A DNA stretch of 64,000 nucleotides from an uncultured Candidatus Rokubacteria bacterium (GTDB taxonomy: Bacteria; Methylomirabilota; Methylomirabilia; Rokubacteriales; CSP1-6): contig CAVXJS010000011.1 of the NCBI GenBank assembly GCA_963762145.1, positions 576,001 through 640,000 on the forward strand, read 5' to 3'. Numbering within the stretch: the stretch's first letter is position 1; every line of letters begins with the position of its first letter. Positions 30,331 to 44,136 of the stretch are shown here, in pieces. The position numbers and the translations under genes were made by a program. The notes beneath the pieces were generated by a model that saw only the letters and a program-made list of their open reading frames with translations, had not been told where the DNA came from and made no database searches.

Positions 30331-31305
30331 ATGTTGCGTACACGCATCTGCGAGCTGCTGGGTATCGAGCACCCGATCGTCCTCGGCGGCATGGGCACCG
30401 GGACCTCGCCGGCGCTGGTGGCCGCCGTCTCGGCCGCGGGCGGCCTCGGCGTGCTCGGCGCGACCCGCCAGGATCCCGCCGAGGTGGGCCGCGACGCCGC
30501 GGCGATTCGCGCCCTGACCGGCACGCCGTTCGGGCTGAACCTGCTCCTGTTCATGGAGCGACCCGGGCAGTACGACGGCCTCCTGGCCGCCCGCCCCCGG
30601 GTGATCTCAACCGCCTGGCCGGGGCTGGAGCAGGATCTCGGCGGCTACGTCGCCCGGGCGCACAAGATCGGCGCCCTGTTCATGCACATGGTCTCCACGG
30701 TGGCCGAGGCGAAAGCCGCGGCTCGCGCCGGGGCGGACGTGATCGTGGCGCAGGGGACCGAGGGCGGCGGCCACATCGGCCTCATGGGTACGATGCCGCT
30801 CGTCCCGATGGTGGTCAGCGCGGTGGCGCCGACGCCAGTGCTGGCGGCCGGCGGCGTCGCGGACGGGCGGGGGCTGGCCGCGGCCCTGGCCCTGGGCGCG
30901 GATGGGGTGCTCCTGGGCACACGCTTCCTGGCCACGGAGGAGGCGCCGATCGCCAAGGGCTTCAAGCAGGCGATCGTGGAGAGCGACGGCCACGACACGC
31001 TGGTGACCGACATCCCCGACGTGGCGAACGACCAGGTCTGGCCCGGCGCCTACGTGCGCGTTCGGCGCAATCGCTTCATCGAAGAGTGGATGGGGCGTGG
31101 CCATGAGCTGCGCCGGCACCGCGCCGAGGTGAGCGCCCAGCTCCGGGAGGCCGCCAAGGCGGGCGACCCGGACCGGGGCGCGATCATGATCGGCCAGACC
31201 GCCGGCCTCATCGACCGCGTCGAGCCGGCCGCGGACCTGGTGCGGCAGATCAGCCGCGACGCCGAGACCATCCTGCGCGAGCGCCTGCCGCGCCTGCTTG
31301 CCTGA
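30331..31305 (+). CDS. Nitronate monooxygenase family flavin oxidoreductase
   Basis: GIEHPIVLGGM, QGTEGGGH, AAGGVADG, GTRF, GQTAGLI. Confidence 0.88.
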   Translation: MLRTRICELLGIEHPIVLGGMGTGTSPALVAAVSAAGGLGVLGATRQDPAEVGRDAAAIRALTGTPFGLNLLLFMERPGQYDGLLAARPRVISTAWPGLEQDLGGYVARAHKIGALFMHMVSTVAEAKAAARAGADVIVAQGTEGGGHIGLMGTMPLVPMVVSAVAPTPVLAAGGVADGRGLAAALALGADGVLLGTRFLATEEAPIAKGFKQAIVESDGHDTLVTDIPDVANDQVWPGAYVRVRRNRFIEEWMGRGHELRRHRAEVSAQLREAAKAGDPDRGAIMIGQTAGLIDRVEPAADLVRQISRDAETILRERLPRLLA

Positions 31306-31312
31306 GGGAGAC

Positions 31313-32974
31313 ATGACCGAAAAGAGACCGGCGACGGCGTCACGCGGCATGGTGGTCACCAATCACCCGCTCGGCTCGGCGGCGGGAGCGGAGATGCTCG
31401 CGGCGGGCGGCAACGCGGTGGACGCGGCCATCGGCGCGCTCTTCGCGCTCACCGTGGTGGAGCCGATGATGGTGGGCATCTTCGGCGCGGGCATGACCCA
31501 CCTGCGGCTGGCCGACGGCCGGCACCTCGTCATCGACAACTACACGACGGCGCCGGCCGCCTCGCGGCCCGACATGTTCAAGCCGGTCTCGGACACCTGG
31601 CCCGACTACCTGCGCGCCGAGGGCGACGTGAACCTGGTCGGCCTGCTCTCGGTGGGCGTGCCCGGCACGCTGAAGGCCTGGACGGAGGCGGTGGCGCGCT
31701 TCGGGCGCCTCGACCTCGAGACCGTGATGCAGCCCGCGATCCGCCACGCCGAGCGCGGCTTCCGCGCCACCCCGTACCTGGTGGCGGCGGTGACGGAGAC
31801 CGCGCCCGAGCTCGCGCGCTTCCCCGAGACCGCGCGGACCTTCCTGCCCGGAGGTGCCCCCATCAAGGCGGGCGACCTGATCGTGATGCCGGAGTATGCG
31901 GCCACGCTGCGGCTGATCGCGGCCAAGGGGGCCGGCGTGCTCTACGGCGGCGACCTCGGCGCAACGGTGGCGGACTACATGCGCCAGGACGGCGGCATCA
32001 TCACGCTGGACGACCTGGCGGGCTACGCCACGATCGAGCGGCAGCCGATTCGCGGCCGCTACCGTGGCTTCGAGATCACGGGCCCTCCGCCGCCGACTGC
32101 GGGCGGGCTGCACCTGGTCGAGATGCTGAACATCCTCGAGGGCTTCGACCCGCGCGGCCTGGGCTTCGGCACCGCGGACTACTTCCACCTGATGGCCGAG
32201 GTGCTCAAGATCGGCTTCGCGGACCGGAACGCGTGCACTGGAGATCCGGCCTTCGTGGACATTCCCGTCGAGCGCCTGCTCTCGAAGGAGCACGCGGCGG
32301 CGCGGCGCGCGCAGATCCGCCCGGACCGGGCGGGGGACTACGCAGTGGGTGTCACGGCGGATGTGGGGGCCGGCTCCGCGCACACCACCCACGTCACGAC
32401 CGCCGACGCGGACGGCAACGTGGTCGCGATGACCCAGACCATCAACAACCTGTTCGGCTCGAAGGCCACGGTGCCCGGCACCGGCATGCTGCTCAACAAC
32501 ACGATGGCCCTCTTCGACCCGCACCCCGGGACGCCCGCCTCCGTCGCGCCGGGCAAGCGGGTGACCAGCAGCATGGCGCCCACGATCGTGCTGCGCGACG
32601 GCAAGCCCGCATGGGCCCTCGGGCTGCCCGGCGGCGTGCGCATCTTCACCTCGGTGTTCCAGGCGGTGGTCAACCTGATCGACCACCGCATGAGCCTTCA
32701 AGAAGCGGTGGAGGCCCCGCGGATCTGGAGCCAGGGCCAGGAGCTCGAGATGGAGCAGGATATTCCGGTGGCCGTCCGGGCCGCGGTCGCCGCGCGCGGC
32801 CACGACGTGGTGGCGGTCGGGGGCGTGGCGGGCGGGATGAACGCGGTGGCCTTCGCGGCCGACGGCGCGCTCGAGGGCGCGGCCTGCTGGCGCGCCGACG
32901 GCACGCCGATCGGCGTGAGCGGCGGGCTCGCCCGGCCGGGGAGCCGGTTCCGGCCGGACGTGAAGCGGCGCTAG
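31313..32974 (+). CDS. ggt: Gamma-glutamyltransferase
   Basis: GGNAVDAA, VGVPG, HTTHVT nucleophile, FGS, PGKRVTSSMAP, GLPGG. Confidence 0.92.
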   Translation: MTEKRPATASRGMVVTNHPLGSAAGAEMLAAGGNAVDAAIGALFALTVVEPMMVGIFGAGMTHLRLADGRHLVIDNYTTAPAASRPDMFKPVSDTWPDYLRAEGDVNLVGLLSVGVPGTLKAWTEAVARFGRLDLETVMQPAIRHAERGFRATPYLVAAVTETAPELARFPETARTFLPGGAPIKAGDLIVMPEYAATLRLIAAKGAGVLYGGDLGATVADYMRQDGGIITLDDLAGYATIERQPIRGRYRGFEITGPPPPTAGGLHLVEMLNILEGFDPRGLGFGTADYFHLMAEVLKIGFADRNACTGDPAFVDIPVERLLSKEHAAARRAQIRPDRAGDYAVGVTADVGAGSAHTTHVTTADADGNVVAMTQTINNLFGSKATVPGTGMLLNNTMALFDPHPGTPASVAPGKRVTSSMAPTIVLRDGKPAWALGLPGGVRIFTSVFQAVVNLIDHRMSLQEAVEAPRIWSQGQELEMEQDIPVAVRAAVAARGHDVVAVGGVAGGMNAVAFAADGALEGAACWRADGTPIGVSGGLARPGSRFRPDVKRR

Positions 32975-33725
32975 CCCTTCGCGCCCGCCGCCGCGCGGTC
33001 GATCAGGTCCTTCGCGCCGGCCTGGATCCACGGGAAGAAGCTGGTCATGATGCAGCGCACGCCCTTGCGCGTGTAGCTCTCCACGTTGGCCGAGCTGACC
33101 AGCGTGCCCGCGGTGCGCCCCGCCTGCACGATCTTGGCGATCGCGCCGTCCACCGTCTTCTGGACCTCCGGATGCGTCATGTTGCCGATGTGGCCCATCG
33201 ACGTCGCCAGGTCGTTGGGGGCGACGAAGAAAACGTCGATGTGGTCCACGGTCAGGATCGCGTCGAGGTTGTTGACGGCCACGATGTCCTCGATCAGGAC
33301 GATGAGCAGGCTCTGGTCGTTGGCGGTCTTCAGGTAGTCGCCCACCCCGAAGCCCTGGCGGCTCGTGAACATGCCGCGCTTGCCGAGCGGGGCGAACTTG
33401 GCGCCCTCCACCACCGCCTGGGCCTCCGCACGGGTGTTGACGTGCGGCACGACGATTCCTTGCGCTCCCCGGTCGAGCGTCCGGTAGATGGTGGCGTAGT
33501 CGTTGTCCATCACGCGCACCACGCTGGTCACGTCCCAGAGATCGCAGGCCCGGGTGAGGTTGCCCAGGTCGGCGTAGTCCACCCCGCCGTGCTCGCCCTC
33601 GAGCCAGATGCCGTCGGCGCCGAGCGGGCCGAGCTGGTCGATCAGGTCCGGATCGTTGGTGCCCGACAGGATGGTCGCCACCTGTCCCGCGGCCAGACGC
33701 TGCTTCACCTTGTTCGCTCGGATGC

Positions 33726-33729
<4 letters not shown>
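32971..33729 (-). CDS. HpcH/HpaI aldolase family
   Basis: LEGEHG, LDRGAQGIVVPHV, FAPLGKRG, LIE, FVAPNDL. Confidence 0.88.
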
Positions 33730-37381
<3,652 letters not shown>

Positions 37382-37455
37382 GCCTGTTCTTCCCTTCCTT
37401 GGGAGCGCGAGAGCCCGGCTGCTCGAGCCGACCGGACTGGTGCGAGGACGCGCGG

Positions 37456-37533
37456 ATTATCGGCTCGCGGCGTCGAGCCTGTCAAGGAACGCGGCCGGCC
37501 GCGCATTGACCGCGGCGGCTCGCCTGATAGCAT
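37456..37533. promoter_or_regulatory. Divergent sigma70-like promoters (dctP on the minus strand, histidine kinase on the plus strand)
   Basis: Minus: TTGACA-N18-GATAAT (37485-37456); plus: TTGACC-N16-TAGCAT (37506-37533). Confidence 0.5.
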
Positions 37534-37560
37534 CCCGCCGGGTCGCCAGGAGCGCGCCGC

Positions 37561-39227
37561 ATGTGCCCAAACGAGAGCGAGACGCCGCGTCGGGTCCACC
37601 GGTCCGGTCCCGGAGACGACGCCGGGCTGGGCGAGCGGATCCCGCGCCTCCTGCTCGCCTACTGGCCCCTGGGCCCGCTCGTGCGGCGCGTCGCCCGCCT
37701 CCGCGCGTCGGTCCACTCGAAGCTCCTCGGCGCGTTCCTCCTGATCGCCCTGCTCCTGATCGCGATGGGGGCCATGAGCCTCCAGTCGATCGCGAGCGTG
37801 GCCCGGCAGAGCCGCCTCCTGGACCAGGCGCGCGAGCGGGTGGACGCCTCCCGCCAGATCGAGCACGCGCTCGGGCCTGCAGATGAACTTCACCCGCAAC
37901 GCGCTGCTCTTGCGGGACGACGCCACCATCGAGAGCATCTTCCGCGAGAACAATCGCTTCCACGACACCTTCGACCGCCTCGAGGCGGCCGCCACCGCCG
38001 ACCAGCGGGAGACGATCCAGCGCCTTCGCAACACGCAGGACAAGGTCATGGCCACGGTGGCCCGCATCGCGGCGCTGATCCGCGAGGACAAGGCCGACGA
38101 GGCGATGGCGCTCCACCTCGAACGAAGGCTATCCGCTGTACCGGGAGATCGCGACCCTCGTCACCCGGGCCGTCCGGAACGAGGAGGCGGGAATGGGCCA
38201 GCTCCGGGAGGGCGTCGAGACCACCTATCGTCGAGCCCTGCTGCTCACCGGCGGCTTCGCGGCCGCGTCCATCGTCCTGGCCCTGGGCCTCGGCTTCGTC
38301 ATCTCCTGGTCCTTCATCCTCCCGGTCCGCGAGGCGGAGGGGTTCCTCGGCCAGGTCGCCAAGGGCGACTTCAGCGCGAGCATCGACGTGCCGAACCGCG
38401 ACGAGTTCGGGGCCCTGGCCCGCCAGATGAACGAGATGAGCCGCGAGCTGCACCAGCTCTACGACGACCAGCGGCGGGCCGCCCACCAGCTCCGGGTGCT
38501 CAACGCGGAGCTCGAGCAGGCCAGCCGGGCCAAGTCCAACTTCCTCGCCAGCATGAGCCACGAGCTCCGCACGCCGATGAACGCGATCCTGGGCTTCACC
38601 GAGATGATCCGCGACGGGCTGTACGGGGAGATCCCGCCCGAGATCCAGGAGCCGGTGTCGGACATCCACACCTGCGGCAAGCAGCTCCTCGGCCTGATCA
38701 ACAACGTGCTCGATCTCTCCAAGATCGAGGCCGGGCACATGGAGCTGGCCCTCGGGGAATACGTGGTCGAGGACGTCGTGAACACCGTGAAGCTCTCGCT
38801 GCGGGCCCTGGCCGCGACCAAGGGGCTGGACCTCGTCACCGCGGTCGCTCCCGACCTGCCGCTCGCGGTGGGCGACGGCAAGCGGATCACGCAGTGCCTG
38901 ATGAACCTGGCCGGCAACGCGCTCAAGTTCACGCGCGAGGGCCGCGTGGAGATCCGCGTGGAGCTCGAGGGCGAGCACCTGCTCTTCGCGGTGGCCGACA
39001 CCGGGATCGGCATCCCGGCCGATCAGATCGACAGCATCTTCGAGGAGTTCCGGCAGGCGGACGCCACCGTCAGCCGGGACTTCGGGGGCACCGGGCTCGG
39101 CCTGTCGATCACCCGGAAGCTGGTCGAGCTGCACGGCGGGCGGATCTGGGTCGAGAGCGTGCCGGGCAAGGGCTCGACCTTCTTCTTCTCGATCCCGGTG
39201 CGGGTGGCGAAGGAGGCGGCCGCGTGA
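37561..39227 (+). CDS. HAMP-domain sensor histidine kinase (frameshifted in the sensor region)
   Basis: TM-sensor-TM, DEFGALA HAMP, MSHELRTPMN H-box, NALKFT, DTGIGI, GTGLGL. Confidence 0.88.
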
Positions 39228-39592
39228 AGACCGTCCTGTACGTCGAGGACAACGAGTTCAACCGGAAGATCGTCCGGCACCTGCTGGGCCGCACGGCCTA
39301 CCGCCTGATCGAGGCGGTGGACGGGGAGGCGGGCGTGACGAGCGCGCGCGAGGCGGTTCCGGACCTGATCATCATGGACATCCAGCTCCCGAAGCTCTCC
39401 GGGCTCGAGGCCACCCGCCAGCTCCACGCCGACCCGGTGACCGCGTCAATCCCCGTCATCGTCATCACCTCGTTCGCGCTGGCCGGGGACGAGGAGAAGG
39501 CGCGGGAGGCGGGGGCCGCCGCCTACCTGGCGAAGCCCTACAGCCCACGCGAGCTGCTCCAGATGATCCGGCAGCTCGCTCCGGAGAGCTGA
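39224..39592 (+). CDS. Single-domain response regulator (DivK-like)
   Basis: YVEDN, MDIQLP, TSFAL.GD, KP; GTGA overlap. Confidence 0.9.
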   Translation: MKTVLYVEDNEFNRKIVRHLLGRTAYRLIEAVDGEAGVTSAREAVPDLIIMDIQLPKLSGLEATRQLHADPVTASIPVIVITSFALAGDEEKAREAGAAAYLAKPYSPRELLQMIRQLAPES

Positions 39593-39608
39593 CGTCGCGC
39601 AGCCTTCC

Positions 39609-40769
39609 GTGAAGGGCGCCGAAGCGAGCCCGTGGCGCGTGCTGGCGGCTTCCACCGCGCTCAACGCCCCGATCGGCTCGCTCTACGCGTTCAGCGTGTT
39701 CCTGCAGCCGCTGGAGGCGTTGCTCGGGCTGACCCGCGCGGACCTGGCATTTGTCTTTGCCCTGGCCGCCGCCGCGTTCGGTGTCGGCATGATGGTGGCG
39801 CCGAGCCTCTACCGTGTCGCGTCGACACCGCTCCTGGTGACGGCCTGCGCGGTCGCCAACGCGGTGGGGCTGACGCTGGCCGCGACCGCGGGCGGCCTGA
39901 CCCAGCTCGCGATCGGCTACGGGGTGCTCTTCGGGCTCGGCGGCGGCGCGGCCTACATCCTCGTGCAGCAGATGGTGAACCTGGCGGTGACTCGCCGCCA
40001 GGGCCTGGTCAACGGCTACATCGTGAGCCTGCTGCCCGCCGGCGCGATGATCGCGGCGCCGATGTTCGGCTGGGCGATCCGCGCCTTCGGTGTCCGCGCC
40101 GCGCTCGGCGGCTTCGCCGCGGTCCTGGCCGTCACCGGCGTCGTCAGCGCGTGGCTGGTGGCCAGTGCCGGCGTGGCCATCTCGGCCGAGACCGGGAGCG
40201 TCACGCTCGGGGCAGAGGAGCGCCGCCGGGCCGTGTTCTGGCGGCTCTCGATCGTCTTCTTCCTGGCCGCCTCCGCCGGGCTGATGGTGCTGAGCCAGGC
40301 CGCGGGGATGATCGCCGCGTACGGCGGAGCGGCCGCGCTCGCGGTGTACGGGACCACGTTCATCACCGCCACCATCGCGGTGGCGCGCCTGGGCGGCGGC
40401 TGGATGGTGGACTGGCTCGCCATCCCCACAGTTGCGGCCGGCGCGCACGCGGTCGCCCTGGCCGGCAATGTCGCGCTGACGCTCTGGCCCGGGCCGCTGG
40501 TGTCCGTCTTCTCGCTGGCCCTGGTGGGGATGGGCTACGGGGTGATCTCCGGCGTGACCGCGGCCTCCGTCGCCGTCTACTGGCGGCGGGCGCTCTACGG
40601 TCGCATGGCCAGCCGCGTCTACATCGCGTGGAGCGCGGCGGCCATCGTCCTGCCCGTCGTCGCGGGCCGCCTCTTCGACCTCACGCAGGGCTACGGCAGC
40701 GCGGTGCTCATCGCGGCGGGGGCCAACGCGCTCGGCATCCTCGTCTCCCTCGGGCTGCCGCGGCGCTGA
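39609..40769 (+). CDS. MFS transporter (OFA-like)
   Basis: GSLYAFSVF, YGVLFGLGGG; about 12 hydrophobic segments. Confidence 0.8.
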   Translation: MKGAEASPWRVLAASTALNAPIGSLYAFSVFLQPLEALLGLTRADLAFVFALAAAAFGVGMMVAPSLYRVASTPLLVTACAVANAVGLTLAATAGGLTQLAIGYGVLFGLGGGAAYILVQQMVNLAVTRRQGLVNGYIVSLLPAGAMIAAPMFGWAIRAFGVRAALGGFAAVLAVTGVVSAWLVASAGVAISAETGSVTLGAEERRRAVFWRLSIVFFLAASAGLMVLSQAAGMIAAYGGAAALAVYGTTFITATIAVARLGGGWMVDWLAIPTVAAGAHAVALAGNVALTLWPGPLVSVFSLALVGMGYGVISGVTAASVAVYWRRALYGRMASRVYIAWSAAAIVLPVVAGRLFDLTQGYGSAVLIAAGANALGILVSLGLPRR

Positions 40770-40784
40770 GGTACTATCTCTGCC

Positions 40785-41606
40785 ATGCCGACCACGTCCC
40801 GGCCGATCTCCCTCGCGCACCTCACCGTGCTGGACGCGACGCCTCCCGAGCTGATCACGGTGGCGGCGGCCGCGGGGTTCCGGACGGTCGGCATCCGCCT
40901 GACCGCGACGCCGAGCGTGGGCGTGCCGCCGTACGACGTGCTCCACGAGGGGCCGATGCTGCGGGAGACCCTGCTGCGCCTGAAGGATACCGGCGTCTCC
41001 GTGCTCGACACCGAGTTCCTCCGCTTCGAGCCCGAGCACCCGATCGGCATCCCGGAGGGCTTCCTCGAGGTCTCGGCGCGGCTGGGCGCCAAGCACGTGC
41101 TCGTCATGAGCGCCGAGCCGGAGGAGGCGCGCACGCTCGAGCGCTTCGGCGAGCTCTGCGACCGGGCCGCCCAGTACGGCCTGTCCGTCGGCCTGGAGTT
41201 CGCGGTCTACACGGGGGTCCGTACGCTCGCCCACGCCGCGCAGGTGGTGGCCCAGTCGAAGCGGGCGAACGTCTCGGTGGTGGTGGACGCGCTCCACTTC
41301 AGCCGGTCCGGCGGGCTGCCGGCCCACGTCGGGACGGTGGATCCGGCGCTCTTCCGCTACGCGCAGATCTGCGACGCGGCGGCGGACATGCCGGGCCCCA
41401 CCGATACGCCGAACCTGATCCGCGAGGCGCGCACCGGGCGGCTGCTTCCCGGCGAAGGCGTGTTGCCGCTTCGGGAGCTGGTGGCGGCGCTGCCCGCCGG
41501 CATCCCGCTGGCGATCGAGGCGCCGTCCCGGGCTACCGCCGATCTGCCCGCGCTCGAACGGGCCCGGCGCGCGTACCGGACGATGTCGGACCTGCTGGCT
41601 ACCTGA
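40785..41606 (+). CDS. Sugar phosphate isomerase/epimerase (TIM barrel)
   Basis: SLAHLT, LEF, DALHFSRSG, QICDA, RLLPGEG.LPL, IEAP. Confidence 0.82.
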   Translation: MPTTSRPISLAHLTVLDATPPELITVAAAAGFRTVGIRLTATPSVGVPPYDVLHEGPMLRETLLRLKDTGVSVLDTEFLRFEPEHPIGIPEGFLEVSARLGAKHVLVMSAEPEEARTLERFGELCDRAAQYGLSVGLEFAVYTGVRTLAHAAQVVAQSKRANVSVVVDALHFSRSGGLPAHVGTVDPALFRYAQICDAAADMPGPTDTPNLIREARTGRLLPGEGVLPLRELVAALPAGIPLAIEAPSRATADLPALERARRAYRTMSDLLAT

Positions 41607-41609
41607 CCG

Positions 41610-42543
41610 CTAGCCGACCTCGACCAGCTCGAGCGCCTCGCGGCTCGGGCCCTCGATCATCACCGCGCGCGTGTCGCCGAGCGCGTAGGGCTCCTCGAGG
41701 AACCGCACGCCCTCGCCGCGCAGCTTGGCGACCCACGCGTCGAGATCGGTGACGCTGAGCGCGATGTGGTCGTAGAGCTGCCCGCGCGTGCTCGCGAGCG
41801 GCCGGTCGCCCTGGCGCATGTACCAGGGCAAGGCCACGTCGCCGAACACGACGGCGGCCGACGGCGTGCGGAACATCCCCTCGCGGTCCAGCGCCGGCCA
41901 GCTCCGGTCGGGCCCGCGCGGCACCGTGCAGGTGGACTCGGTCAGCGGCGCGCGGCTGGTGCGCCCGGCGTAGATCGGCGCGTTGAGGTGCGTCTGGTAC
42001 CAGAGCTGCGCGCAGAACGGGTCGTCCTGGTAGAGATGCACGTGGTTGAAGCGCTCGGCCGGGTGATTGCCGGCGTATTCCACCAGGGCGTCGTCGGGGC
42101 CCCGCATGTAGCCGAAGCCGCCGGTGCGGGTCGGCTGCACGCCGGTGGCCCGGGCCTCGGCGATCTGCGCCTTCGTCAGGCCGGGCGTGCGGTCCCTTGC
42201 TCGGCCACGTATCGCTGCTGACGAGGACGGAGCCGCCTTCGTCGGTCCCCGGTGTAGAGCGGCAGGAGCTCGACATCCGGCCGGGCCTGGTAGACCGCGA
42301 GGCTGGCCCGCGTGTCCGGCACGTGCCAGCCGAAGTGCCAGATCGCGGTCTGCGGGGACGTCGCGGGCGGCGTCGCGACGCGGGTGAAGAGGATCAGCAC
42401 GTTGTTCGGCGCCGCGAGCGCGGGTCAGGCCGCCCCAGCGCGTCTTCGTGGAGGTCGGGAACGTGCCGGACGTAGAACTCGATCGCCGCGTCGGGGTCGA
42501 CCGAGTTCAGGTGGAGATGATGGAAGCCCGGCGCGGGGAGCAT
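41610..42543 (-). CDS. Tandem VOC/glyoxalase-like protein (frameshifted)
   Basis: FHHLHLNSVDPDAAIEFY, IWHFGW, FNHVHL, YDHIALSV.DLD, EGPSREALELVE. Confidence 0.72.
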
Positions 42544-42544
42544 C

Positions 42545-43174
42545 TCAGCGCGCCTCTCCCGCCGCCTCGGCCCTGGCCTGCTTCACGAGCTGCTCCAGGA
42601 CCTCGTAGGGCTGCGCGCCCACCACGCCGCGGTGGCCCGCGACGAAGGTCGGCACGCCGGTGATGCCGTACTGGCGCGAGAGCGCCCAGTCCCGGTCCAC
42701 CGCGTCCTTGAACGTCCGCTTCTCCAGCACCTCGCGGGCGCCGGCGACCGGCAGGCCCACCTCCGCCACGATCTCGAGGAGCACCGCGGGCTCGGAGATG
42801 TTGCGCGCCTGCACGAAGTAGGCGCGGAACATCGCGTCGTGGAACGCGTCGCCCCCCGGCTGGGTGTCGGCCCACTTGCCGAGCTCCTGGGCCAGGCGGC
42901 TGTTGTAGGTCATCGTGCGCTCGCCATAGGGGAGGCCCTCGGCGTCCATGCGCGCCTTCATCTGCGCGTGCATGGCCTTGCGGTCCACGTTGCGGCCGCG
43001 GAACAGATCCTCGAGCGACTGGCCTTCCGGCGGCGTCTCCGGGTGCAGCGGGAAGTGCACCCACTCGATCGTGACGTCGTGCTCGGTCCGGAGCTTCTCA
43101 ATACGCACGGTACTGAGATAGCACCAGGGTCAGACGTAGTCGGAGAAGACCTGAACCGTGATGGGCGTGGTCAT
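42545..43174 (-). CDS. DsbA/FrnE-family thioredoxin-fold selenoprotein (Sec at codon 15, TGA 43132-43130)
   Basis: ATG at 43174 overlaps the upstream stop (ATGA) with an AAGGAGG RBS; MTTPITVQVFSDYV-TGA-PWCY in frame with ORF 42545-43108 (FPLHP, ITGVPTF, GAQPYE). Confidence 0.87.
43096..43118 (-). promoter_or_regulatory. Putative bacterial SECIS hairpin
   Basis: UCUCAGUAC-CGUGC-GUAUUGAGA 9-bp stem (one GU pair) beginning after an 11-nt spacer following the UGA. Confidence 0.72.
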
Positions 43175-44136
43175 GTGGCCTCCTTGATGAGCTTCTGCAG
43201 GCTTCGCAGGCCGGGCGGGATCGGCTGGCCCTTGTAGCGATTGCCCCAGTTAGTGTACGACACCTCGCCGACGTAGATGTCCCCGCGCGAATCCACCGCG
43301 AGGCCGTGCGGGGAGACGAACTGGCCCGGCTCGAGGCCGGCCAGGCGGTCGCCGAGGCGCGCCAGCCGCTCGCCGCGGTGGCTGTAGATGCTGACCCGCG
43401 GCCCGATGTTGGGGACGTCGTAGTTGACGGGCAGCGCGCCGCCGATCTCCCCCACGTAGAAGCGGCCCTGGCCGCCGCGCTCCATGAAGAGGCCGGAGGG
43501 GCGGTGCATGTCGTGCCACTGCGTCTCGAAGCGGCCGTCGCCGTCGAAGACCTGGATGCGATGGTTCTCGCGGTCGGCCACGTAGACCCAGCCGTCGGCG
43601 TCGCAGCAGATGTTGTGGGGGATGTTGAACTGGCCGGGATCGGTGCCCGGCTCGCCCCACGAGCGGAGCAGGGTGCCGTCCGGCGCGAACTTGTGGATGC
43701 GCGCGTTGCCGTAGCCGTCGGAGACGTAGAGATCGCCCTGCGGGGACAGCGCGGTGTGCGTGCAGCGATGGAACGGCTCGCCGCTCATGTAGGGCTTGGG
43801 CGTGCCGGGGATGCCGATGGTCAGGAGCACCTTGCCGTCGAGCGTGCAGTGGCGGACGGTGTGATCGCCGTCGTCGGTCAGCCAGAGCGTGTCGTCGGGC
43901 GCCACGTGGACGCCGTGCGCGCGGTGGAAGACCCCCTCGCCCCAGGAGCGCAGGAAGTTGCCCTCGCGGTCGAGGACGACCATCGGGTGCGCGCCGCGGT
44001 TGAACGCGTAGACCCGGTCCTGCCGATCCACCCCGACCGCGGCCACGTCGGCGTTGAACTCCCGGCCGGGCGGCAGCTTCGCCCAGTCGCCCACCACCCG
44101 GTAGCGGTAGGCGCCGCTCCCCAGGATGGCCGCCAT
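43171..44136 (-). CDS. NHL-repeat protein, peptidyl-alpha-hydroxyglycine alpha-amidating lyase-like
   Basis: SDGYGNARIHKF, WGEPG..PGQFNIPH, ADRENHRIQVFD, SPHGLAVDSRGD. Confidence 0.87.
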   Translation of the reverse strand: MAAILGSGAYRYRVVGDWAKLPPGREFNADVAAVGVDRQDRVYAFNRGAHPMVVLDREGNFLRSWGEGVFHRAHGVHVAPDDTLWLTDDGDHTVRHCTLDGKVLLTIGIPGTPKPYMSGEPFHRCTHTALSPQGDLYVSDGYGNARIHKFAPDGTLLRSWGEPGTDPGQFNIPHNICCDADGWVYVADRENHRIQVFDGDGRFETQWHDMHRPSGLFMERGGQGRFYVGEIGGALPVNYDVPNIGPRVSIYSHRGERLARLGDRLAGLEPGQFVSPHGLAVDSRGDIYVGEVSYTNWGNRYKGQPIPPGLRSLQKLIKEAT

